DNA of 64,000 nt from Spirochaetia bacterium (lineage in GTDB: Bacteria; Spirochaetota; Spirochaetia; CAKZLE01): NCBI GenBank assembly GCA_963677595.1, contig OY782041.1:1152001-1216000 (forward strand). Reading direction: 5' to 3'. Positions 19,433 through 29,392 of this stretch are shown here, one piece after another (position 1 is the stretch's first letter; every line of letters starts with the position of its first letter). The position numbers were made by a program, and so were the translations under genes. Below the pieces are notes generated by a model that was not told where the DNA came from, did not search any database, and worked only from the letters and a program-made list of their open reading frames with translations.

Positions 19433-22060
19433 GTGATGCCAGAAGAGAGACTCCAACCAGGCTGGCTTCGCTGTGAGTATCAGGAAGAACCCCTTGGTAT
19501 AGACCAAACGACTCTCCATTTCGGATGGAACAACCATGTAAGGATTATCACACAGAAGTTCTTTCGCATGGAGATAACAGACTCACAGGATCGACTGGTG
19601 TTCGATTCAGGGATTATCGAATCATCGTATCCATGGACTGATGTTGACTGCAGTCCATTCCTCACCTCCTATTCCCGTTATCGATGGAGAGTCACAGCTG
19701 GAGAGGTCCCAGGGAGATCGACCCCTTCACCCTGGGCCTGGTTTGAGACAGCGGACCTTAGAAAGTCTCTCTCCCCTGCCGTATGGATCACCTCGTTACA
19801 GGATTCATGGTATAAGACTTCCTCCTGGGAAAGCGGGACACCGCAAGAGATGACATCCCAGGATATGGCAAGACACTACCATGGCATCTACCTGGGGACG
19901 ACCTTCAGATTGGAACAACCGGTCAGGCAGGTAATCAGGGCTCGATGCTATGTAACGGGTGTCGGCTGCTGCAGCCTTAGTATAAATGGATCAGTATGCA
20001 GTCCAGGCATCCTCTCCCCGGCCCAGACAGACTACCATAAAAGAGTATGGTATGATGTGATCGATATAGACCAAGCGCTCAGGGGTGATAACCAACTGAC
20101 AATCCTCCTTGGGAACGGGAGACATATTGCCTTGTACGGTTTCGGCAAACCGCGTGCAGTCTGTCTTGTACGAATCGAATACCAGGATGGTTCCTTACAG
20201 GTGATCGCGTCTCGAGAAAGCTGGTTCAGCGGATTCGGACCAGTACGTGAAAACAGCATCTTTGATGGGGAACACTATGATGCGAACATTCCCATCACGC
20301 TGAATGATCCAGCTGTCATAGTCGATGGGTATCCCCTGCAAAGCAGTACGCTTCCACCTGTTACCGTTGACAGGGTTGTCAAACCGAAACGTATCAACAG
20401 TACCCCGGATGGGTACATCATCGATTTCGGGCAGAACCTCTCAGGGTATGTTGAGATCTGCGGGGGACAGGCAAAAGGGACTGTTGTCACTATCGAGCAT
20501 GCAGAACTCCTCCATAGGGATGGAACCCTGAACCCAGCTTCCAACCGTGCAGCACAGGCCCTGGACTCCTATACATTTTGCGGGGATGATGAAGAGCGCT
20601 GGCGCCCTTCCTGTACCTACCACGGGTTTCGATATGTCAAGCTCACAGGCTGGGAAGGTTCCTTGGACAGAGACTGCATCGCTGCCCATTTCATCCATAC
20701 CGAAACAGAGAAAATCGGGCAATTTCACTGCAGTAATGAGGATTTCAATGCAGTGCACCAGGCTATCCTCTGGGGACAGCAGTCGAATATGATGGGGATC
20801 CCCACAGACTCGCCCCAACGGGATGAACGGCACGGCTGGCTCGGGGATGCCCATCTGTCCTGTGAGGAAGCACTCCTGAACTTCTCCCCATTCAGGTTCT
20901 ATCGCACCTTCCTTAGGGATATCGCGGACACGCAAGCTGAAGATGGGGCGATCACCGATGTTGCGCCTGCGTTTTGGATGGACAAACCGGCCGACCCTGC
21001 CTGGGGCAGTGCGTTCATCACCATAGGGTATCTTGTGTACTACTATAGCGGCGACATCACCGTTCTGGGAGAATACTACGAACAATTCGCTCAATACATT
21101 GCATTCCTCTCTTCCCATGCGGATAACGGGATCATCAAGGATCTCGGGACCTTCGGTGACTGGTGTGCACCGGGACTGGTGACTTCCAAGAAGACCGGAC
21201 TTGAGTGTATCTCGACACTCTATTTCATACATGACCTGGAGCTTATGGCCAGGATCTCCAACATCCTCGGGATGCGGGATGGGGTTTCCCACTATACACA
21301 GCTAAGATCATTTGTCATAGGCAAGTTCAGGGAGACCTTCTACGATGGAACGGCTATCATCAGCCAGGAAATGAGCCCCTGGGACTTCCCTGATGTGACA
21401 TCACAGGTCCTGGCCCTAGCTTGGAATATTCTGTCTGGAGAGGATCACACCAATCTGGCTGCAGCCCTGGACACCCTGGTTACCAGGACGGCAGGTAACC
21501 ACGTCAATACCGGGATTCATGGGACTGCACACCTCCTGCCCACGCTCTCAGCGGCAGGGTATGAGGAGAAAGCCTATATCATCGCGAACCAGGAGAGCTA
21601 TCCGGGCTGGATCTATATGATCCGAAACGGGGCGACGACCCTATGGGAACGGTGGGAGTTGATCGAATGTGAGGGCATGAACTCACATAACCACATCATG
21701 CTCGGCTCAATAGACACATGGTTCTACCAGTTTATTGCCGGTATCTCCCCGTTAGGACCCGGTTGGGAAAGCATAGGGTTCTATCCAGGATATTTCAAGG
21801 AGATCACACACGCAGAAGCAGGTGCAAGGACACCGTATGGCCCGGCAGCTGTTCAATGGACCCGGGATGACGGGATACTGCAGGTGCATATGACGATACC
21901 ATCTGGTGTCAGGGGCGAATTATATCCCCCTGCCGGTTATACCATCGACAGTTCACTGAAGCCCCTGGACCGGGGTACCTTTCGGAGTCGATCAGCCCAC
22001 CCCGGGTACGTATTGGAACCAGGTACATATGACATCCTACTGCGGGAGTTAACCTTATGA
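19433..22060 (+). CDS. glycoside hydrolase family 78 (alpha-L-rhamnosidase-like)
   Basis: LRCEY..EPLGID, DFGQNLSG, YHGFRYV, PTDSPQRDERHGWLGD, GDW, GATTLWERW, SHNHIMLG. Confidence 0.92.
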   Translation: MMPEERLQPGWLRCEYQEEPLGIDQTTLHFGWNNHVRIITQKFFRMEITDSQDRLVFDSGIIESSYPWTDVDCSPFLTSYSRYRWRVTAGEVPGRSTPSPWAWFETADLRKSLSPAVWITSLQDSWYKTSSWESGTPQEMTSQDMARHYHGIYLGTTFRLEQPVRQVIRARCYVTGVGCCSLSINGSVCSPGILSPAQTDYHKRVWYDVIDIDQALRGDNQLTILLGNGRHIALYGFGKPRAVCLVRIEYQDGSLQVIASRESWFSGFGPVRENSIFDGEHYDANIPITLNDPAVIVDGYPLQSSTLPPVTVDRVVKPKRINSTPDGYIIDFGQNLSGYVEICGGQAKGTVVTIEHAELLHRDGTLNPASNRAAQALDSYTFCGDDEERWRPSCTYHGFRYVKLTGWEGSLDRDCIAAHFIHTETEKIGQFHCSNEDFNAVHQAILWGQQSNMMGIPTDSPQRDERHGWLGDAHLSCEEALLNFSPFRFYRTFLRDIADTQAEDGAITDVAPAFWMDKPADPAWGSAFITIGYLVYYYSGDITVLGEYYEQFAQYIAFLSSHADNGIIKDLGTFGDWCAPGLVTSKKTGLECISTLYFIHDLELMARISNILGMRDGVSHYTQLRSFVIGKFRETFYDGTAIISQEMSPWDFPDVTSQVLALAWNILSGEDHTNLAAALDTLVTRTAGNHVNTGIHGTAHLLPTLSAAGYEEKAYIIANQESYPGWIYMIRNGATTLWERWELIECEGMNSHNHIMLGSIDTWFYQFIAGISPLGPGWESIGFYPGYFKEITHAEAGARTPYGPAAVQWTRDDGILQVHMTIPSGVRGELYPPAGYTIDSSLKPLDRGTFRSRSAHPGYVLEPGTYDILLRELTL

Positions 22061-23124
22061 CATCGAAAGAACGGGTCCAAGCAGCCTTGAACCACCAGAT
22101 ACCTGATCGTGTACCTATCAACTACCTTGCGAATCCAGGTATCGATACGGCCCTGAAGCAGTCCTTCAAGCTCGGGGCACAGGATACGGACCTGCTGCTA
22201 GAGAAGCTGCAGGTTGATATCAGGGAAGTGGCACTCCCCTATTTGGGCCCCCCGCTTCATGCACCTAGGCCTGGCCGCAGTGTAGATGAACAATGGGGTA
22301 TCATCAAGCGATGGGTTGAACATGAGACCGGAGGGTATTGGGATTATTGTGACTTCCCGCTGCACATACTGGATGAGGAGAAAGCTGAGTCCTGGCCTAT
22401 GCCGGAACCTGATGATTTTGCTTATTCAGCCATCCTTGATCAAGTCGACAGGTACAAAGAGAAAGCCCTCTTTCTCGGGAATCCGGGTCTTGCGGACATC
22501 CTCAACACCACAGGGATGTTATGCGGGATGGAAACGGTATACATGGCCCTAGCCCTGCAGGACCCGAACTGGCTGCATCTCGTAGACAGGCGCTTGGATA
22601 TCCAGCTTGAGATCACCCGCAGGGCCCTTGAGACAGCAGGCGGGTCGATCGACTGCCTCTGGATCGGGGAGGACCTCGGTTCCCAGAATGGACCGTTGAT
22701 CTCAACGACCCATTACCGGTCCGTGATTCGCCCGAGGCACCAGAAGTTCGTGGACCTTGCCTCCTCCTTTAACATTCCCGTCATGATACACAGCTGCGGT
22801 TCATCGTCCTGGGCATTTCAGGATTTCATCGAGATGGGAATAGCCGCTGTAGACACCCTGCAGCCTGAAGCTGCCCACATGAAGCCTGAATTCCTGAAAG
22901 GGACCTACGGGAAGGACCTGGCGTTCCATGGCGGGTTCTCCACTGCGGGTTCAGTAGTGGAAGGGACCAGGGAGGAAGTTATTGCCGACCTGGAAGGATT
23001 ATTGGCAACTATGATGCCCGAAAGCGGATACCTCTTTTCCCCTACGCATATGTTTCAGGACAATACATCCCTGGAGAACCTGATCACCGTCTACTCATTG
23101 TTACCCGAACTGGGCAGGTATTGA
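22057..23124 (+). CDS. uroporphyrinogen-decarboxylase-fold protein (MtaA/CmuA-like, function unknown)
   Basis: MTSKERV..ALNH..PDRVP, EDLGSQNGPLIS, HSCG, LQPE, FHGG, SPTH. Confidence 0.85.
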   Translation: MTSKERVQAALNHQIPDRVPINYLANPGIDTALKQSFKLGAQDTDLLLEKLQVDIREVALPYLGPPLHAPRPGRSVDEQWGIIKRWVEHETGGYWDYCDFPLHILDEEKAESWPMPEPDDFAYSAILDQVDRYKEKALFLGNPGLADILNTTGMLCGMETVYMALALQDPNWLHLVDRRLDIQLEITRRALETAGGSIDCLWIGEDLGSQNGPLISTTHYRSVIRPRHQKFVDLASSFNIPVMIHSCGSSSWAFQDFIEMGIAAVDTLQPEAAHMKPEFLKGTYGKDLAFHGGFSTAGSVVEGTREEVIADLEGLLATMMPESGYLFSPTHMFQDNTSLENLITVYSLLPELGRY

Positions 23125-24854
23125 AATCCAGGCTGCCGCATCAGGGGCTGCCTGAACCAGACTGTACAGCCGTCTCCCTCATGTGATGCGATATGAAGGG
23201 CATACTGCTCACCATGATAGAGGCGTAAGCGGTACTGAATGTTCCGCAGTCCGATATGCCCTTCCTGAGCATCGGATGGTTCCGAGTCAATCGACCTGTT
23301 CTGGTCCAGCAACTCCTGTATCTCCAGAAGCGTATCGGGGGGGAACCCAACACCATTATCATTGATAGTAATCACCAGGTCATCAGCGTCCTTACGTACC
23401 GAGATGGTAATCTGCCCAGCTCCCTCCTGCTCACTGAATCCATGGATGATGCTGTTCTCTACGATATTCAGGATCATGAGTTTATGGATCTTTTCCTTTT
23501 TAAGGTACTCAGGGATCTCGTACGTAATTGAGAACTCCCGATACCTGTAGAGCTGGATTGTCGCATAGGCCTCTATGAGGGCTATCTCCTTCTCCAGTGG
23601 GATGAATTCGCTCTCGATATCTGTCAGGCTTTTCAGGTACCCGATCAGAGCTTTCGTGACGGACATGATATTCTCCTGTCCGTTTATCTGTGCCATCCAA
23701 CGAATCGTGTTGAGCGTGTTATAGAGGAAATGTGGAGTCAACTGCAGTTGGAGATTCTGTAGATACGCTCTCCGTTTCTCTTTCTCAGTCCTCCTGATCT
23801 CATCCAGCAATTGCTGCACCCGGTGGGTCATGCTGTTGAACCCCATACTCAGCTGCCGGATCTCATCGATATGGTTCTCCTCGACTGTTATATCGAGATT
23901 ACCGTCCCCGACCTGATTGATTGCATCGGTGAGGTCCTTCAGGGGTTTCCCAAGCTTCTTTGAGACCATGTAAGACAGGTAGAAGAAGAACAGGAAATAA
24001 CAGACCAAGCTGATATAGAATATTCTCTGGATAACTGACAACTCATCCGAGATCTGCCTGGGAGAAAGCGACAAAATTATTATCCAGTCAGAGAGCCTTG
24101 ATCGAGAGGATAGGATCAGGACATCCTCCCCATCTGCCCCGGAAGATGAATATGCACGTGCAGCATGGTAACTGTTCTCAAGCATCTCCTTGTCTAACAG
24201 AGGCTCTGCATCCACACCATTTGATGCGATCAACTTGCCTTCTGACTGATAGATTGAGATACCGTGACTGTTTTCGAAGGGGGTATACTGGAAAAAATCC
24301 GAGAAGAACATCCCGCTGAATCCGAGGCAAAGGGTAGCAATCGGTTTCTCATCCTGTCTAATATGCCTCATTCCGAAGAAATAGCTGTCATTCAAACCGA
24401 AGTTGGTCTTCAGTGGATACGATGTTGTCCAGAGGATTCGTCCATCCTGTTCAATCAGTTTCTCCTGGTAGCTTTCAACAATCTGATCTATCTCACGGAG
24501 GCCATGGCCGCTGTACAAGGAGCCTTTTTCAGTAAACAGGTAGGCTGAGGATATAAGTCGGTTGGCATTGACAAAACTGTCAAGCTGACTCTGCACCGCA
24601 GTACAGTCCAGGATATCAGTCTCGGCAGTTATCTCTTCCATGGCTTCAGCATTCAGGTACAATTCCATGGTCAACTGCTGATAATGGAGGAGCTGCGTGT
24701 CCAGGTTCTTCCGCATCTCGTCAATAAGTTGAGTGTTGGTCGCTATCTGTTTGTTGACAGCATAATTCAGAAAGAAGTTATTTGCCAGAAAGTAGATGAT
24801 ACCGCTTGGTATAACAACGATCAGGACAAACCAAATAAAGATTCGCTTCTGCAT
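23091..24854 (-). CDS. YesM-type sensor histidine kinase
   Basis: two TM segments, periplasmic domain, HAMP, QLTPHFLYNTL H-box, VENSIIHG, DNGVG, HIGLRNI; overlaps the 3' end of the URO-D gene by 34 nt. Confidence 0.93.
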   Translation of the reverse strand: MQKRIFIWFVLIVVIPSGIIYFLANNFFLNYAVNKQIATNTQLIDEMRKNLDTQLLHYQQLTMELYLNAEAMEEITAETDILDCTAVQSQLDSFVNANRLISSAYLFTEKGSLYSGHGLREIDQIVESYQEKLIEQDGRILWTTSYPLKTNFGLNDSYFFGMRHIRQDEKPIATLCLGFSGMFFSDFFQYTPFENSHGISIYQSEGKLIASNGVDAEPLLDKEMLENSYHAARAYSSSGADGEDVLILSSRSRLSDWIIILSLSPRQISDELSVIQRIFYISLVCYFLFFFYLSYMVSKKLGKPLKDLTDAINQVGDGNLDITVEENHIDEIRQLSMGFNSMTHRVQQLLDEIRRTEKEKRRAYLQNLQLQLTPHFLYNTLNTIRWMAQINGQENIMSVTKALIGYLKSLTDIESEFIPLEKEIALIEAYATIQLYRYREFSITYEIPEYLKKEKIHKLMILNIVENSIIHGFSEQEGAGQITISVRKDADDLVITINDNGVGFPPDTLLEIQELLDQNRSIDSEPSDAQEGHIGLRNIQYRLRLYHGEQYALHIASHEGDGCTVWFRQPLMRQPGFQYLPSSGNNE

Positions 24855-25080
24855 AGGTTATTCTACTCGCTCCAAGCTGTAATTGTAAACCATAATACTC
24901 TTCCATACTGTGATGCACACAATTTTCCAAAAATGAGGAACAAGCAAGTACAATTACACACTGATCCTTACTGGTGTGGGGGGAAAGACCGTCAGGTTTT
25001 TCGTCGATCGCAGCATGCTTTTAAATCAAATCGACCTGAATCCTGTTTGTAGTAGATATACGAACACAGGAGGAACCCGC

Positions 25081-26022
25081 ATGTTTAAAGAGATAAAGTA
25101 CGGGAACAGCACCTTACTGCCGCTAACCAGTGACATCGTCTTCAAGGCGATCTTCACCAAAGAAGAGAACAAGGACCTGCTGCTCTCCCTGCTCACCGCC
25201 TACCTCGACATCTCCCCGAAGAGCCCGGAGGACATCACCATCATGACCACGGAGAAGGAACGGGATTACCCCGATGACAAGCTCTTCCGCCTTGACCTGC
25301 GGGTCAAGACCGCAGGCAACGAACACATCGATGTCGAGATCCAGGTCCGCAATGAGTTTGACATCATTCCCCGCAGCCTGCATTACCTTGCCCGCCTCTA
25401 CTCAAGCCAGATCAAGAGGGGAGATCGATATGCAGCCTCAGGAAAAGCCATAACTCTCAACTTTCTGTGCTATAATCTGATAGAGACGGAAGAAGAGAAG
25501 AACGGAGAGAACTACGAAGAGAAGCCGGATACGACAAGGTCCTATATACGGCACATAACCTTCCATGACCGGGAGACGAAAGAAGAGTTCACGGACCTCA
25601 TGGAGATGGTCTTCGTGGAGCTTAAGCGTATGGACCATGATGATCCCGAAAGCCTGAGGGATCAGTGGACGAGGTTCTTCAGGGCTGAAGACTTGGAAGG
25701 GTTGGAAGAACTCTCCCATCAGAACAGGATCTTCGAGGAGGCGATGAAGCAGATGGTACATGTAAGTGCGGATGAAGAGCTCCGGTATGCATATGTCCGG
25801 AAGAGTATGGCGGAACTCGATGAAGCTGCCCGTGAGGCGGCACTCGTAGAGGATACTGCTACTACATACCTGGCTAAAGGCAAAGCTGAAGGAAAAGCTG
25901 AAGGCAAGGAAGAAGAGAAGGAAGCGACAGTCAAGCGGCTTGCGGCTGAATCCGCCGATATATCCATGATCGCACGTGCGACGGACTTAACAGAGTCTGA
26001 AGTCCTGAAGATCCTGGGCTAG
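25081..26022 (+). CDS. Rpn-family / PD-(D/E)XK nuclease ('putative transposase')
   Basis: SDIVFKAIF, RLDL, IDVEIQ, RSLHY.ARLY.SQ, C-terminal GKAEGKAEGK repeats; ATG 25081 behind AGGAGG. Confidence 0.88.
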   Translation: MFKEIKYGNSTLLPLTSDIVFKAIFTKEENKDLLLSLLTAYLDISPKSPEDITIMTTEKERDYPDDKLFRLDLRVKTAGNEHIDVEIQVRNEFDIIPRSLHYLARLYSSQIKRGDRYAASGKAITLNFLCYNLIETEEEKNGENYEEKPDTTRSYIRHITFHDRETKEEFTDLMEMVFVELKRMDHDDPESLRDQWTRFFRAEDLEGLEELSHQNRIFEEAMKQMVHVSADEELRYAYVRKSMAELDEAAREAALVEDTATTYLAKGKAEGKAEGKEEEKEATVKRLAAESADISMIARATDLTESEVLKILG

Positions 26023-26111
26023 AAGCCAGATGCTCAGCTTGTCGGGGGACTAACGAGCTGAGAGCATGATCTTCGAGGAGTCTGTTGAGCAGGGCTTCGT
26101 CATGTATGGAG

Positions 26112-27779
26112 TCACAGGGAGATGGAAGCCCCCACACTGCACTGGAGGTCCTGCTCCCAGTCAGTATAGACTTCCGTACTCTTCGTGTAGTCTCTCCGGT
26201 TAAGCCAATCCACCTGGTACCATAGACCGATCGCCTCGAGTGCGGGAAGTTCCAGCTCCCCAGCCGTCGAGGCAATGACCGTTTGGCTGATGGTATCACC
26301 GCTCGGAGAAAAGGATACGTCCTCATAATCACCAAATTCTTCAACTACCGTGTTTATGTCCTTGTCCCCATGGAGCATCCCGAAGAGGGAGGCGGAGAAA
26401 GAGCCTATGCCCGGCAGACGATACTCGGTCGAGAGCTGCCCCACGATCGCATCACAGCCGTAGGGATAGCCGAGGAAGTCTATATGGGGTGAGAGGTAGT
26501 CGATCGTCTGTCCGATCGCGAAATGCCTCTGGTAGACCTTGAACTCCACTTTGTCTCGAAGGTACATATAGGGGTCAGTATAGGCGAACTCCAGGTTCAT
26601 CGTCAGGATACCGTTACCGGCACTTCCTGTCTGGGTCCCCCCCAGCATGTAGGCGAAGGAGCCCGGTTGGGTCGAAGCTTCAAGCGGGGCCCGAGCCTGG
26701 TCGATCGCGAATTGTGCGTAGAGGTTAAACCCCGGGGTAACCGCAGCATTCAGTTCAGCATAGGCAAGCGCATTGAACATACTCCGGTTGTTGAGGTTGT
26801 GGAAGATGTAAGCCGGGTTCAGATACTTGATGTCAATGAACGACTGCTCGTACATGACATTCTCCGAGAGGGCGAAGCTGAGCCAGTCCAGAGGAGTGAA
26901 CTCGATCCGGTGAGCCAGGTACATATCCATTCCGTTGAATTCGGATTCATTCATATAGGATCCTGCATCCTCGGGATAATCGAAGAACGAATAGAGGATC
27001 TCATACTTGAAATGGTCATGGTAAGAGACGAACCGCAGGGCATCATAGTAGTCGAGGTTGTCGCTTATCGCGAAGTTCCCGGTCTGCCCGGGACCCCAGG
27101 AGAACATGTCACGGCCAAACTGCAGGTTCCAACCGTCACCACCGGCAGAGATGAACGCCCGGTACGGTGTCTCGAAGTTTATATACTGCAGGTCGAAATA
27201 GTTCGTGCTGAAGGTGTCCTTGTAGAGGTAGGAGGCCGTCAGGTTCTGCAGGGTATCTCCGATCTCGGTGTCTTCCGCAGCGAACAGAGCCTTCGCATAC
27301 TCCATCTCGGAGTATGTGTAGAACCAGTCATGGAGCCCCAGCTCGATATAGGCCTTTATGACGGGAGCCCGGTCCTCATAGCCAAAGACCCAGTCATCCT
27401 CCAGGATGAAGTCAGTGGCGTTCGTATGGTAATAGGCTTCCCCGTAAAGGTCGAGACCAAGCCCGAGCTGGTAGCCGTCCTCTACAGGGAACCGAAGGTC
27501 AGTGTCATAGACCCGTTCCCGTAAATCCTCATACAGATTTTTGTAGGCCCCGTGCATACGCTGTTCCGGGATCAGCTCAAACAGGTTCTGGGCTTCCCCG
27601 TAGGACCAGGGTCGTGATGTGGAGGGCAGGGCCCTGCCTCCCGCGATGAACAGGGAGTCCATATCAGCATAGACACTCTCGTCAAGTGGGATGATACTCT
27701 GCAGATTCTCAGCAAAGAGTGTTCCACTGTACAGGAACAGTACCAGGATCAGCATACAGAATACATAAGACTTTTTCAT
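26112..27779 (-). CDS. Wzi-like beta-barrel paralog 4
   Basis: signal peptide, ENLQ..., LPSTSRPWS, GRDMFSWGPGQTGNF, AHRIE, DPYMYLR; start placed at 27779 behind GGGGAG. Confidence 0.7.
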   Translation of the reverse strand: MKKSYVFCMLILVLFLYSGTLFAENLQSIIPLDESVYADMDSLFIAGGRALPSTSRPWSYGEAQNLFELIPEQRMHGAYKNLYEDLRERVYDTDLRFPVEDGYQLGLGLDLYGEAYYHTNATDFILEDDWVFGYEDRAPVIKAYIELGLHDWFYTYSEMEYAKALFAAEDTEIGDTLQNLTASYLYKDTFSTNYFDLQYINFETPYRAFISAGGDGWNLQFGRDMFSWGPGQTGNFAISDNLDYYDALRFVSYHDHFKYEILYSFFDYPEDAGSYMNESEFNGMDMYLAHRIEFTPLDWLSFALSENVMYEQSFIDIKYLNPAYIFHNLNNRSMFNALAYAELNAAVTPGFNLYAQFAIDQARAPLEASTQPGSFAYMLGGTQTGSAGNGILTMNLEFAYTDPYMYLRDKVEFKVYQRHFAIGQTIDYLSPHIDFLGYPYGCDAIVGQLSTEYRLPGIGSFSASLFGMLHGDKDINTVVEEFGDYEDVSFSPSGDTISQTVIASTAGELELPALEAIGLWYQVDWLNRRDYTKSTEVYTDWEQDLQCSVGASISL

Positions 27780-27906
27780 AATTCTCCCCACCACACACGT
27801 GTAACCCCTCACTCATTTCCTGACCATACTACTGGTTCACACCGTGTGTTTCAACCGTTATCACGGACTACTAGAGAGCTTATTGGATTTTTTCTTACTG
27901 CAAGTT

Positions 27907-27934
27907 AAAAAAAGAGGCCATTTCTGACCCCTTT
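27907..27934 (-). terminator. intrinsic terminator after the FKBP gene
   Basis: minus strand GGGGTCA-GAAA-TGGCCTC followed by T7. Confidence 0.75.
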
Positions 27935-27959
27935 CTTTGTTTCCTAAAAAAGAAATGTA

Positions 27960-28733
27960 TTACTCGCCGTCCCCGATACTGAGCAGCTCGACCTCGAAGA
28001 TCAGCAGCTGGCTCGGTCCGATGACCGGTGCAGAACCTGTCTCACCGTAGGCAAGATCAGGATGGAGGAAGAATCGGTACTTGCTTCCTACCGACATCAG
28101 CTGTACACCCTCTACCCAGCCGTCAATCACGCCGCCGAGTGCGAAGGTCGCGGGAGTGCCGCTGTCATAGGAACTCTCGAAGACGTTACCGTCAAGGAAC
28201 GAACCCTTGTAATGGACGGTGACGACATCGTCGGCTGTCGGTTTCTCACCATCACCCTCGACGACGACCTCATACTGGAGACCGCTGTCTGTCGTGGTCA
28301 CCCCGGCCCGGGTCTTATTGGTAGCGAGGAATGTCTCAGCCTCTTCGAGGTTGGCTGCTGAGATCTCTGCCTGTGCAGCCTGCTCCTGCTCCATGAGCAC
28401 CGTCTGGTACTCCATGAGGATCGAGTTGATCTCATCCTGGGAATAGATGCCTGCGTTGCCGGCGATCGCTTCCCTCATACCCTGGATGAAGTAGTCCGCG
28501 TTGAACTCGACACCGTCTGCCATATAGCTCTGGGTGAAGAGATATCCGAATGCATAGCTGAACCGGTCGATCAGCTCTTCAGGCGCATCAAGGGTACCGA
28601 CGGGAGTCTCTATCACTACCTGGTTCTCTGCTTGTGCAGCCTCTTCCAAAGCACTCTTCTCCTTATCCCCACCGGCAAACACCAGGGTTGAGATAAGCAG
28701 GAATGCCATACATAATCCAAGAATCCGTTTCAT
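27960..28733 (-). CDS. fkpA: FKBP-type peptidyl-prolyl isomerase (FkpA/Mip-like)
   Basis: signal peptide, SYAFG dimerisation domain, SGLQY, VHYKG..DG.VFESS, VIDGW.EG, LAYG, LIFEVEL. Confidence 0.88.
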   Translation of the reverse strand: MKRILGLCMAFLLISTLVFAGGDKEKSALEEAAQAENQVVIETPVGTLDAPEELIDRFSYAFGYLFTQSYMADGVEFNADYFIQGMREAIAGNAGIYSQDEINSILMEYQTVLMEQEQAAQAEISAANLEEAETFLATNKTRAGVTTTDSGLQYEVVVEGDGEKPTADDVVTVHYKGSFLDGNVFESSYDSGTPATFALGGVIDGWVEGVQLMSVGSKYRFFLHPDLAYGETGSAPVIGPSQLLIFEVELLSIGDGE

Positions 28734-28858
28734 AAAGGTCCTTCCTTTCTAGCTGTATAAGTACTCAAGTATCAAATATAACAAGATACCCTATAAAAGG
28801 AAAGGTGAAATCAAGAGACGGATTATGGTTTTACATTCTGGTTACAAAGGGGAGCTGC

Positions 28859-29392
28859 TCAGGTGTAGTCCCGGTAGACCGAGCCGCCTGCGGCATCCAT
28901 CGCGACGATGACGGGAAAGTCCTTCACCGTGAGGCGGTAGAGGGCTTCAGGGCCGAGATCCTCGAATGCGATCAGCTCTACTGCCTCGACGCAGTCGGCA
29001 TAGAGTGCGCCGCAGCCGCCGAAAGCAGTGAAGTAGACAGCCTGGTTCCGTTCTACCGCCTTCAAGACCTCGGCAGACCTCGGGCCTTTCCCGATCATCG
29101 CCAGCAGCCCCTCCTCGAGGAGCATCGGCGCGAAGGGGTCCATCCTCGCTGAGGTGGTGGGACCGCAGGAACCTATCACGAAGCCTTCCGGGGCCGGGGC
29201 CGGCCCCATGTAGAAGATCGTCTCCCCGGCAAGATCGACCGGGAGGTCTTTGCCTTCCTTCATCAAGGTCGTCAGCCTCAGGTGGACCTGATCCCGTCCT
29301 ACGAGCATATCGCCAGTCAATGAGACCTCATCGCCTACTCTCAACTCTTTGACGGCTTCCGGGTCAAGCGGCAGTCTCAGATCATATCTCAT
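28859..29392 (-). CDS. class I fumarate hydratase / Fe-S hydro-lyase, beta subunit
   Basis: GRDQVH, GPTTSARMDP, MIGKG, DLGPEA. Confidence 0.92.
   Translation of the reverse strand: MRYDLRLPLDPEAVKELRVGDEVSLTGDMLVGRDQVHLRLTTLMKEGKDLPVDLAGETIFYMGPAPAPEGFVIGSCGPTTSARMDPFAPMLLEEGLLAMIGKGPRSAEVLKAVERNQAVYFTAFGGCGALYADCVEAVELIAFEDLGPEALYRLTVKDFPVIVAMDAAGGSVYRDYT

Noticed and set aside
22057-23124. Calling the URO-D-fold gene hemE
   Set aside because: Lacks the HemE W.MRQAGR signature, has an HxC metal motif, and sits in a sugar operon
24976-26110. Rpn gene considered as an IS element; 13-mer GATCTTCGAGGAG occurs both inside (~25728) and after (~26068) the gene
   Set aside because: No terminal inverted repeats or flanking target duplication; the 13-mer has no extended similarity and is probably chance
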